Part shown: positions 10,510 through 19,012 of the stretch, piece by piece
Layout: each line of letters begins with the position of its first letter
Numbering within the stretch: position 1 is the first letter of the stretch
Source: a bacterium
GTDB lineage: Bacteria; Patescibacteriota; CPR2; UBA1875; CAIMLA01
Direction of reading: 5' to 3'
Length of the DNA stretch: 64,000 nt
Assembly (NCBI GenBank): GCA_037129835.1
Contig: JBAXUE010000006.1
Location: forward strand, 6,157-70,156
Notes under the pieces: generated by a model
Database searches by the model: none
Told to the model about the DNA's origin: nothing
Seen by the model: only the letters and a program-made list of their open reading frames with translations
Program-made: the position numbers and the translations under genes

Positions 10510-11224
10510 TTTTATATCCTACTACATTTACCAGAAAATCGTCGAATTTTTCAATTTCGCCAGTAACAAAAAAGGTGGATTCACCAAACGAAATATTTTC
10601 CGACACCTCCAAAACTCTACGTGCGACGGCTTCTGAAGGTTCAATAAAAGTAACTTCTGGAAATGATTGAACAAACATCTCTTTAATAAAATACAAATGG
10701 GTACAACCAAGGACTATTATCTTTACATCTTCATGCAAAAAAGGTTCTATGGCAGCCTGTAAGTCATCCCTATTAATTTCTTGATAGTCGTTTTCTACCA
10801 AGTCGATAATCTTTGCGTCATAATGTTTATATAACGTAGACCCCGGTGCCAGTTTTTCACTTTTGTGGGTTGCTACAGTTTTTTTTGTAGCCAAAATACC
10901 GATCTTGCCTGAATAATTTAGATCATAAGCCACCTTCACGGCTGGCTCGACACCAACAAAGGTTACTAATGGATAGTTATCTCGCAGGTATTTTATAGTA
11001 GAAACTGTAGCGCTGTTACATGCAACAACTACTGTACCCGCACCCTGACTAATCAAAAAGTCAGTCGCTTTAGTTACTATCCGGAGTAACTCCTCTTGTG
11101 ACTTATCTCCATAAGGGAAGTTCGCACTATCCGAAAGATATAAGATTTCTGCTTCTGGACGGATTTTTTTTAGCTCACAAAAAACCGAGAGACCTCCAAC
11201 TCCAGAATCAAATATACCTATCAT
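10487..11224 (-). CDS. murI: Glutamate racemase
   Basis: IGIFDSGVGGLSV, FPYGDKS, VACNSAT and LGCTH catalytic motifs. Confidence 0.96.
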   Translation of the reverse strand: MIGIFDSGVGGLSVFCELKKIRPEAEILYLSDSANFPYGDKSQEELLRIVTKATDFLISQGAGTVVVACNSATVSTIKYLRDNYPLVTFVGVEPAVKVAYDLNYSGKIGILATKKTVATHKSEKLAPGSTLYKHYDAKIIDLVENDYQEINRDDLQAAIEPFLHEDVKIIVLGCTHLYFIKEMFVQSFPEVTFIEPSEAVARRVLEVSENISFGESTFFVTGEIEKFDDFLVNVVGYKNAVIREI

Positions 11225-12670
11225 TTATATACCCAAAAGTAAAAATATAATAAGTGCGATAGCAGATATCCCCATAAGAACTGTCGCTATCCAACCCCAG
11301 ATATTCACCCACCTAGGATTTGTAAACTGCCCCATAATCTTCTTATCTCGACCTATTTTAAAGATAAAGAACATCAAAATAGGAGCAATAGTGCCATTGA
11401 CTATCGCTGCGAAGTAAAGAGCCTTTATCGGACTAATTCCGATGAAATTCATCGCTAGTCCTAGTAGCATTGAGACGATAATTACTCCATAAAAGCCTCT
11501 GGCTCTAGAAAATTTGCGGTTGAGTCCCTCGCGCCACTTGAAAAGCTCAGAAATTGCATAAGCTGAAGCACCGGCAAGTACAGGGACTGCCAAAAGACCA
11601 ACTCCAAAGATACCAATTGTAAATAATAATTTTGCAATGAAGCCGGCATTAGGAAAGGCCGTCACCAAAGGCTCAAGCGCCTTCGCAGCGTCTGCCGCGG
11701 TCTCCAAAGTGACACCGTTCTTGAAAAATACAGAAGCGGTGGTAATGATGATGAAGAGAAAAACGATATTGGCAAGAGCCATCCCCGTAAAGGTATCCTT
11801 GCGCATCTCTTTGATCTCTCTTTTGGTCGCAGAAACCTGATGGTCGGAGAGAATACCTTTGTCGCGTTCTTCTTCTACCTCTTCTGAAGCTTGCCAAAAA
11901 AAGAGATAAGGAGTGATAGTGGTGCCCATTACGGCAACCATTGCAGCGAGAAAAGCTACATTTAGCTCAATATGCGGTATCGCAATACTCTGGAATACGG
12001 CTATCCAATCTGGACGAACAATAAAACCAGTGACGATATAAGCAACAAGTGACAAAGTAAGCCATTTTAAGATTTTTGCATACTTGTGATACGGCATAAG
12101 CACTTCAAGCAGGATCATCGCAATTGTAAGTATTATGGCTCCTAAAGAGAAAGGAACAGCAGGTACAATCAACTGAAAAGAGGCAACCATAGCACCAATA
12201 TCGGCGCCGATATTTACTGTATTGGCAATCAAAAGAAGTACGATAAGTGGATATAATATCTTGCGTCCATAGTGCTTGCCTATTGCACCTGCAAGTCCTT
12301 TTTCTGTAACTATTCCGATGCGAGCAACAGTTTCTTGAACTGCCGTCATCATTGGAAGCAGATAAACCGCCAACCAAGAAAGTCCCAAGCCGTAATTGGA
12401 TCCTGCAAGCGAATATGTGCCTATTCCAGAAGGATCGTCATCTGAAGCTCCCGTAATAACACCGGGACCGAGAGTCTTTAAATAAGAAACCTGGTGTTTT
12501 TTCTTTTCAGTTTTTGGGAGAGAAAGATATTTATTGAGTTCAAGTTCGGATATGAGTAATTTTCTCTCTTCTTCTGCTGGCTCGATAAGATGTTTGCGCA
12601 ACAAAAAAGATAACTTCCTAGCCGAGATGCCAAGCTGTTTTTCCGCTTCTTTGAGTGTATAATTTTTCAT
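11225..12670 (-). CDS. NRAMP-family divalent metal transporter with an N-terminal HTH extension
   Basis: LGPGVITGASDDDPSGIGTYS and MGTTITPYLFFWQAS motifs; N-terminal YTLKEAEKQLGIS..KL is HTH-like. Confidence 0.88.
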   Translation of the reverse strand: MKNYTLKEAEKQLGISARKLSFLLRKHLIEPAEEERKLLISELELNKYLSLPKTEKKKHQVSYLKTLGPGVITGASDDDPSGIGTYSLAGSNYGLGLSWLAVYLLPMMTAVQETVARIGIVTEKGLAGAIGKHYGRKILYPLIVLLLIANTVNIGADIGAMVASFQLIVPAVPFSLGAIILTIAMILLEVLMPYHKYAKILKWLTLSLVAYIVTGFIVRPDWIAVFQSIAIPHIELNVAFLAAMVAVMGTTITPYLFFWQASEEVEEERDKGILSDHQVSATKREIKEMRKDTFTGMALANIVFLFIIITTASVFFKNGVTLETAADAAKALEPLVTAFPNAGFIAKLLFTIGIFGVGLLAVPVLAGASAYAISELFKWREGLNRKFSRARGFYGVIIVSMLLGLAMNFIGISPIKALYFAAIVNGTIAPILMFFIFKIGRDKKIMGQFTNPRWVNIWGWIATVLMGISAIALIIFLLLGI

Positions 12671-13762
12671 TTAATAGGTCACTGACTGCCCTGTAGGGAC
12701 GATTTCAAACCAAGTTTGACCCTTATTAAATACTATTTCTTTATTTTCTGTATCAAAAAATTTAGTTCTCGACGTTCTTGAATCTTTGGTCCAGGTGGCG
12801 TTAATGCTTTTTCCGTCTTGAAAGACATAACCAAGCCCATTGCCAGTAGTTTGAATCTGAACACCTTGTTCTCCGACGTAATTAATATATGGAACTATCG
12901 AGGTAAACTGGACTACAACATTTTTTGGTTTTATTTGGATACCAGTATTCATATCTTTGCTTGCTTCTCCAGCAACTGACCGCAAGTAGCTATTATCTGC
13001 TGGATCATAAGCATAAGAGACTGCGTAATCAGCACTAGAAAAATTAATATTAATATTTTGGCTTGCTGTGCGATTTTTTAAAGAAGTATCATCTTTAAAA
13101 GTCATTGAAGCTGGCGGCTTGGCAAGATTATATTCAGCCGACTTCGCAGCAGAATAAAGCTTCTCGCTCGAAGTATAAACGTTGTGGGGTGCATACCGAT
13201 CGGTCGATCTTCTGTAATAGTTTCCATACGCAAACTGGTTAAGATCTGGGAAGTTTAATTGAGTAATCATATCTAAAGCATCCGCGTTACCGCCTACATG
13301 GGCAAATATCCCGCCCACCTCGCTAAGCCAGTCTACAAAATACGTTCTGGCAGATCGTACCGGACCAATTTCTTTTGAGTCTTTTGATTGATATATTGCC
13401 AAAGTTCTTGTGATACCACCTTCTGCCAAGGTTTCATAAACAAGATCAGCCTCGTTATATCCACTCTGCGGTCTTGCATCTGGGTGATTCTCGATAATTA
13501 CACCCAATGCAGTTCTGCCGGCAAGAGATTTATCAACAGGTAATCCTGTTAACGGTGCAGCGATACCGGTAACCTTTACTTCTTTCACTGTTTTATTCTT
13601 TGTAGCCTTGGTAGTGGTCGGTTTGGCTGTAACATTTTGTGTCTGAAGATATATAACAAACCCAAGGAAAATAACAAGAGCTCCAATAATTATTCCTCCG
13701 CTTATTTTATAACGGCTGACAAAAGCCTTAAATTTTCTTTGGTTGAATCTAATTTTTAACAT
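12671..13762 (-). CDS. DUF3048 (YerB-like) membrane-anchored protein
   Basis: IENHPDARPQSG...YETLAEGGITR...IGPVRSAR...APHNVY; N-terminal TM helix. Confidence 0.9.
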   Translation of the reverse strand: MLKIRFNQRKFKAFVSRYKISGGIIIGALVIFLGFVIYLQTQNVTAKPTTTKATKNKTVKEVKVTGIAAPLTGLPVDKSLAGRTALGVIIENHPDARPQSGYNEADLVYETLAEGGITRTLAIYQSKDSKEIGPVRSARTYFVDWLSEVGGIFAHVGGNADALDMITQLNFPDLNQFAYGNYYRRSTDRYAPHNVYTSSEKLYSAAKSAEYNLAKPPASMTFKDDTSLKNRTASQNININFSSADYAVSYAYDPADNSYLRSVAGEASKDMNTGIQIKPKNVVVQFTSIVPYINYVGEQGVQIQTTGNGLGYVFQDGKSINATWTKDSRTSRTKFFDTENKEIVFNKGQTWFEIVPTGQSVTY

Positions 13763-13800
13763 TAATATAAATTATAATATATCTGTCAGTTGTAAACAAT

Positions 13801-13828
13801 AAAAAAGAGGCCAAGTGGCCTCATTTTT
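13801..13828. terminator. Intrinsic terminator after rplY
   Basis: AAAAAAGAGGCCAAGTGGCCTCATTTTT hairpin with A/T tails. Confidence 0.7.
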
Positions 13829-14505
13829 TATTCTGTGATTTCTTTTTCCGCTACTTCTTCCTCGGTGCCGTGTTCACTCTCTGGAGCTTCTGCCTGCTCT
13901 ACTGGCGCCTCAAGCTCTTCCATTTCTTCTTCACTTCTTGGGGCTTCTACGTGAGCGATAACTGTCTCTGGATCTGTTACTACTGCTACTCCTGCAGGTA
14001 TCACTAAATCGCTAACATGTATTACAGAGTCAAAATCAACTAAGGCCACAATATCTACCTCAATTTCATGTGGTAGATCGCCTGGCAAACACTCTATTTC
14101 TATTTCGTCTGCGGTTGTTAGTAGAGAACCTCCAAGCGTAAGAACAGCTTCTGAATCTCCAAAAATCTTAAGCGGTACAGTGGTAGTGATTTTTTCATTC
14201 ATATTTATCCTTAGCAGGTCAGCATGGATAATCTTCCCCGTAACTGGATCTTTGCTAGTATTATAAATCAGGATATTTTTCTTTTCTGTACTGCCATCTT
14301 CTTTTACTAGCTCAATACTAACAACTGTGTTACCACCTGATTTACGATAAAGGAGCTCAAAATCGTGTGCATCAACTGCTAATGCGAGGGGCTCTTTGCC
14401 TTTTCCATACATAACAACAGGAAGTAATCCCTCTCTTCGAAGAGTTTTGACCTGTTTTCCTTTTATTGTTCTTTCTTTTGCAAGTAATTTAACCTTATCA
14501 ACCAC
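13828..14505 (-). CDS. rplY: 50S ribosomal protein L25 (CTC form)
   Basis: LRREGLLPVVMYG, HADLLRI, IECLPGDLP, IHVSDL; acidic tail. Confidence 0.94.
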   Translation of the reverse strand: MVDKVKLLAKERTIKGKQVKTLRREGLLPVVMYGKGKEPLALAVDAHDFELLYRKSGGNTVVSIELVKEDGSTEKKNILIYNTSKDPVTGKIIHADLLRINMNEKITTTVPLKIFGDSEAVLTLGGSLLTTADEIEIECLPGDLPHEIEVDIVALVDFDSVIHVSDLVIPAGVAVVTDPETVIAHVEAPRSEEEMEELEAPVEQAEAPESEHGTEEEVAEKEITE

Positions 14506-14557
14506 AACGACTCCTTATCTTTAGCAAAGGTTATTTTAGCAAAAAAAGTGCCTTAGG

Positions 14558-14860
14558 TCAATTCTTATGGAATACTTTTCTAAAATTTCCATTGAATTTC
14601 ACTACTTCATTGTGAAAATCGATAACGTCATCATACCCAATAGGATTTTCTGTAATACCGCTCGGGAGGAATATATCTTTATTGCCAACGACATTGACCA
14701 TAACTGTTAATTTACATTTATGACAATTAACAGAAACGAGGTAGCCTTGATCGCTCTTTATTACCGAGTTAATCTCGTTTCCAGTATATTTAATGCCGCA
14801 GGAAGGACAATACAGGTTCTGCGAGATATTTTTAAAAAGATTATTAAAATTGTTTCCCAT
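14558..14860 (-). CDS. Hypothetical zinc-ribbon protein
   Basis: CPSC and CHKC pairs; PIGYDDVIDFH..V..FNGNF C-terminal motif; TAAAAT 6 nt before the ATG. Confidence 0.75.
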   Translation of the reverse strand: MGNNFNNLFKNISQNLYCPSCGIKYTGNEINSVIKSDQGYLVSVNCHKCKLTVMVNVVGNKDIFLPSGITENPIGYDDVIDFHNEVVKFNGNFRKVFHKN

Positions 14861-14896
14861 GTATATATTTTAACACGGTCGGGTTAATATAAAAAT

Positions 14897-16537
14897 TTAT
14901 TTGAATTTTTTCTTACCTTTTGGCGTAACCCAAAATACATTCAGGCTTTGACCGAACATTAGCCTCGTTTGTGAATCAAGTGCTGGAAGTGAAGAAAAGA
15001 AAATAGAAACAAATGGAGCTATTACCCACTGGAAGATCATAGAAAAATAACGTATAAAACGAGTTTTCTTGTACCTCTCGGGCATCGGAGGAAGGAGAAG
15101 GAAATATATCCAGACATTTGCAAAAACCGCGACCCAAGCGAGATTTAACATTACCGAACTATAAGAAGGAACATTCTGAGCGAGGACGTTGTCTTGAAAC
15201 TGGCTATTAAACAACAGCGGGATCCACGCAAATGCAAGTAAAAAAGAAGACGTTGACCACGATACGCTACCCGCTAAATGTCGATATGTTTGTAAGAATT
15301 TTTGTCCAAAACTGATTTCGGGGTGTTTGGTAAATTTTTTTACTATATAAGGAAAATCAGAAATCCCCCAAGCCCATCTTCTGCGTTGTTTATATTGATT
15401 TACTAAAGTCTCCCAAAAAGAATCAGCGACAACCGTATCGTGGTAAACAGGAATCAAAACAGGCACCATTTCATGATCGCCGTTGTAAGCGAAATATGTT
15501 CGCCAATACTGGTGACCATCTTCTACTATCGTCTTTGAAGACCAAAAATCGGTGACCAAAAGTGTTTGTAAGCTCTGCGTGTGAGAGGCAAATGTTCTCA
15601 TTCGATATGGCCGCATTGATTCTATAATTTGCCAGAAACTAGAGGCGACTGCCAAAACCCTACTAGGAGAGGGCGCATCCCAAATATTATTAAAGAGCAA
15701 AGGTATCGGCTGATACGTTTTGTGGTCGCGATTCGGATCAACGATATATTTATACGTTATTCTGCTGAAATACTCTTTATGAACTACGTGATCTGCGTCT
15801 AGGGTCGTAACCAGCACATTATCTGGCTCAATCTCTGGATGCTCCTTTTGTAAATAATCCCAAAATTTATGACCAGCAGAATAAAGATTTGGACCCTTGC
15901 CGATAACATCTCCTGGCATATCTTCATGAACATAGAATTTTAAATCTAAAAAGGTGCTATTATATCTTTTCTCGATTTCTGCCTTTACCTTAAGGAAGCC
16001 CACTTCGTCTCTTTTTTCGCCGCAAGACACCACGATTAACTTCTTGCGAGGATAATTACAATCAAAAAGTGCTTTGTAAGCTGCCTCTGTGACTTCAAAA
16101 TCCTCAAAACAATTAGTTACGAATACGGCGTGATAGATATCATCCCACTTTTTTATTACCGTCCAGTTGTGAGATAAATTACTGACTTCTTGAAAATCAC
16201 GCAAATCAAGTGAATTTTTCGTTTCGAGATATCTACTTTCTAATTTTTTTAAATACGCGTCTGGGTAATTCGAAATTTCCTGGCAACTTTCAAGCCAATT
16301 AATCTTCATATTACGCCACATCTGTCTAAAACCACTAATCATGTGACGCATTATGTTGGCGGCTTTCATAAACCAGAGGAAGTTAAACGAAAGTATAAAA
16401 TATGCGACTGCTACTGGAAAATATGGTGCCGCGATAAAAGGAATCAATAGTATAGACCAAGCCAAAAAACCTGGGATGATCTCTAAAAAACGGGTAAACG
16501 CATCTTTCTTTTCAATATTATTTGTTTTTCTTATCAT
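14897..16537 (-). CDS. Membrane glycosyltransferase family 2
   Basis: GKGPN, TLDAD, IVEDG and QRRRW motifs; flanking TM helices. Confidence 0.9.
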   Translation of the reverse strand: MIRKTNNIEKKDAFTRFLEIIPGFLAWSILLIPFIAAPYFPVAVAYFILSFNFLWFMKAANIMRHMISGFRQMWRNMKINWLESCQEISNYPDAYLKKLESRYLETKNSLDLRDFQEVSNLSHNWTVIKKWDDIYHAVFVTNCFEDFEVTEAAYKALFDCNYPRKKLIVVSCGEKRDEVGFLKVKAEIEKRYNSTFLDLKFYVHEDMPGDVIGKGPNLYSAGHKFWDYLQKEHPEIEPDNVLVTTLDADHVVHKEYFSRITYKYIVDPNRDHKTYQPIPLLFNNIWDAPSPSRVLAVASSFWQIIESMRPYRMRTFASHTQSLQTLLVTDFWSSKTIVEDGHQYWRTYFAYNGDHEMVPVLIPVYHDTVVADSFWETLVNQYKQRRRWAWGISDFPYIVKKFTKHPEISFGQKFLQTYRHLAGSVSWSTSSFLLAFAWIPLLFNSQFQDNVLAQNVPSYSSVMLNLAWVAVFANVWIYFLLLPPMPERYKKTRFIRYFSMIFQWVIAPFVSIFFSSLPALDSQTRLMFGQSLNVFWVTPKGKKKFK

Positions 16538-16929
16538 ATTAATGCTGTGAGATTATAGACAAATAGAATCATAACGATTGTTAAAATGACATTACTTATC
16601 CCAAGCAAATAGCTTAATAATCGTTCCTTATCAAAAAGCGACCAAGCTATTAAGAGATTGAGCAAGCCGACTAAGACAATGGCTAGCAAATAATAATACA
16701 AGTAATACCAAGGTCCGAAAAAAGTAACATTCGAAACTACATTGTATAATAGAGGAGTTTCAACTACTCCAAGCTGTACCCTGAAAACAATCATAAATAT
16801 TAAGGCAATAACTAAAATCGTAAAAATACTGATCAAGGTCAACATAATTGGATCATGATAAAAACCAAGACCAAACTTCTCCGTCAGCTTATCAAAATAT
16901 TTATTTAATATATTGTTAATTTTTTTCAT
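16534..16929 (-). CDS. Hypothetical membrane protein (3 TM)
   Basis: Hydrophobic helices; overlaps the GT2 start by 4 nt; TATAAT 6 nt before the ATG. Confidence 0.75.
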   Translation of the reverse strand: MKKINNILNKYFDKLTEKFGLGFYHDPIMLTLISIFTILVIALIFMIVFRVQLGVVETPLLYNVVSNVTFFGPWYYLYYYLLAIVLVGLLNLLIAWSLFDKERLLSYLLGISNVILTIVMILFVYNLTALI

Positions 16930-16994
16930 ATATATATTATATTACATTTTTATAATAAATAATCTACAATCAACGGCAATGTGCCTTATGCAAA

Positions 16995-17240
16995 CTATTC
17001 AGACTTGGTGTCTTTGGATTTATTATGCTCGTTTATTTCTAGAGTATGGATACGGTCTATTTTAAGTGCTATGGTGCCTAAGCCAAGAAAACCAAGCATT
17101 GTATTTATGACCTGCATCCCAACCTCATCAATAAAATGTGTTAAGTAAAATCCATTAACCAAAATTGCCGCGATAACCAACAAATATGTTTTGTGCCCAG
17201 GCAAGACATCTATTTTATTTTTTATTTCTTGTATTGTCAT
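16995..17240 (-). CDS. Small two-TM holin-like hypothetical protein
   Basis: Start moved to MTIQEIK because the longer ORF overlaps tRNA-Thr; GHKTYLLVIAAIL plus a second TM and a charged tail. Confidence 0.6.
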   Translation of the reverse strand: MTIQEIKNKIDVLPGHKTYLLVIAAILVNGFYLTHFIDEVGMQVINTMLGFLGLGTIALKIDRIHTLEINEHNKSKDTKSE

Positions 17241-17267
17241 TTGTTGTTCCTTTTTTAATATATTATT

Positions 17268-17342
17268 TGGAGCCGATGAGTGGAATTGAACCACCGACCA
17301 ACACTTTACGAAAGTGCTGCTCTACCACTGAGCTACATCGGC
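17268..17342 (-). tRNA. tRNA-Thr(CGT)
   Basis: Reverse complement GCCGATGTAGCTCAGTGGTAGAGCAGCACTTTCGTAAAGTGTTGGTCGGTGGTTCAATTCCACTCATCGGCTCCA folds as a cloverleaf; encoded CCA. Confidence 0.96.
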
Positions 17343-17395
17343 ACTTCAGCGCAAGCTGACGTGCTACAAAGATCGCCTTAAACGACTTTTGTGCA

Positions 17396-17553
17396 CTTTC
17401 GCTGCGCTTCCTCTTCCGACAAAAACCTTAAGTTTTTGTCTACATCTCCCGTTGGCCAAAGAAAACTACGGGTTTTATTTGGAAATGAGAAACCGAGAAA
17501 GAATGGAGACATCGACTTCAGTCGACTGTCGAAATCCGCCAGCGGATTTCGAC
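17396..17553. repeat. Stacked hairpin repeats in the tRNA-Gly/tRNA-Thr spacer
   Basis: GACAAAAAC..GTTTTTGTC, CCAAAGAAAAC..GTTTTATTTGG and GTCGAAATCCGC-CA-GCGGATTTCGAC hairpins. Confidence 0.6.
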
Positions 17554-17554
17554 G

Positions 17555-17628
17555 TGGAGCGGGTAACGGGAATCGAACCCGTATCTCAACCTTGGGAAGG
17601 TCGCATTCTACCACTTAACTATACCCGC
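17555..17628 (-). tRNA. tRNA-Gly(CCC)
   Basis: Reverse complement GCGGGTATAG...CGACCTTCCCAAGGTTG...GGTTCGATTCCCGTTACCCGCTCCA. Confidence 0.96.
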
Positions 17629-17677
17629 CTGAGATTTTTTACCGCCTCATCTTAGCACAATGAGTCACTACTCTCAA

Positions 17678-18844
17678 TCAGAATTGTCGGTACTCTAATA
17701 CTAAGGTGTTATATTCTTTCACGGTACTGTTATATATATCAATATCTGTTTTTGCAGTATTATATGCTGTCGTATAGATATTATACATTTGAGAATAAGT
17801 AGCGAATGATTGTGCTGTAGGATTTTTTGTATAATCATTTTCTGCAGAGTTAAGATCAGTTTCTGCGCCGACTAATTTTTCTTTAGATTCAAGATATTTA
17901 GTTTTTAACGAGTCTAGCTTGGGAGCATATCCTTCAAGCTGTTTCCTTAAGGTTATTCTTGTTATTATTCTTTGATATTCATTCCCTGCCGAAGAAATAG
18001 GTACGACTAGGCTAGGAGATGTTAGCGCCACCTTTACTGCCTCGGTAGCTGGTTGGTTTTCTGTTGCTATCGCAACAGAATCAAAATTATTAATCGCTAG
18101 ACCCTCGCTGGGGTTTAAATCTGGGACATCCCCGACTAGGAAATTAGTTCCAGTCAATTCTAAAATAGCATATTTAGTTCCAAAATCGCCATAGCCATCT
18201 GGGACACCTACCCCGACCGACATATGACGCTGTGAGTCAAACTCCAATAAAGATGTTTTATAGCCAAGTTGTTTAAAAAGCAATGAACCTAAATATGACT
18301 TATCTGTACAAATTCCTATCCCATCATAAAGAGTTTCATAAGGAAGTCTTGGCACCAACTGATTTACTGGATACCGAGTACTAGTATCTAGAACTTTTGT
18401 AGCCTTCGCTGTATCATATGGCATGCTTTGTAAAAAACATGCAGCTAGGTCTAGTGTCTGATCTTCACTTAAATTATTTGTCTTACCAACTGTCTTAATC
18501 TTCATTGCCATATCAGCAATAGTCGGATCGTTCTTATAGGCGTAGACGAACTTTTCATTTTTATTGTTGTAATAGGCGTACAATTTTTGAGGATCGGCTT
18601 TATAGTAATTATACAAACTAGAATATACTGTTTCTGTTATCGAAAGTTTTTTGCCGTGGTAGTCACAATTCAGTGTTATTGCTTTAGGGCCTGTTAATTT
18701 AGGATAAGGGCGAATAACGGCAATTATTGCGTTTGAAGCCGGATTGCTTTCTACCCTACCATCCAAGGTTAAATATACAAAACACCCTGTCGCCACAAAA
18801 AACAATAATACGAATGAAGTAATTGTAATTAGTTTCTTTTTCAC
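17678..18844 (-). CDS. Membrane-anchored transglutaminase-like protein with a C-terminal coiled coil
   Basis: P.ETLYDGIGICTDKS.L...L..LGY, HMSVGV and YAILELT give a Cys-His-Glu triad pattern. Confidence 0.75.
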   Translation of the reverse strand: MKKKLITITSFVLLFFVATGCFVYLTLDGRVESNPASNAIIAVIRPYPKLTGPKAITLNCDYHGKKLSITETVYSSLYNYYKADPQKLYAYYNNKNEKFVYAYKNDPTIADMAMKIKTVGKTNNLSEDQTLDLAACFLQSMPYDTAKATKVLDTSTRYPVNQLVPRLPYETLYDGIGICTDKSYLGSLLFKQLGYKTSLLEFDSQRHMSVGVGVPDGYGDFGTKYAILELTGTNFLVGDVPDLNPSEGLAINNFDSVAIATENQPATEAVKVALTSPSLVVPISSAGNEYQRIITRITLRKQLEGYAPKLDSLKTKYLESKEKLVGAETDLNSAENDYTKNPTAQSFATYSQMYNIYTTAYNTAKTDIDIYNSTVKEYNTLVLEYRQF

Positions 18845-19012
18845 CTATAGATTATATCAGATTAATCTCTCAGGATGTAGTTTATATCATAATAAATGTC
18901 TCTGATTCAATAGTTGTAGATATTTTGGATAAGTCTATATTTATGATAGTATATCAAGTGTTTTTACTTTCCATACACCGCATATCGAGCAAACAAAATA
19001 AGATAGGCATTA

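Noticed and set aside
17378-17655. Three ORFs of 75-88 aa over tRNA-Gly and its spacer
   Set aside because: They are translations of the tRNA and GC-rich hairpins
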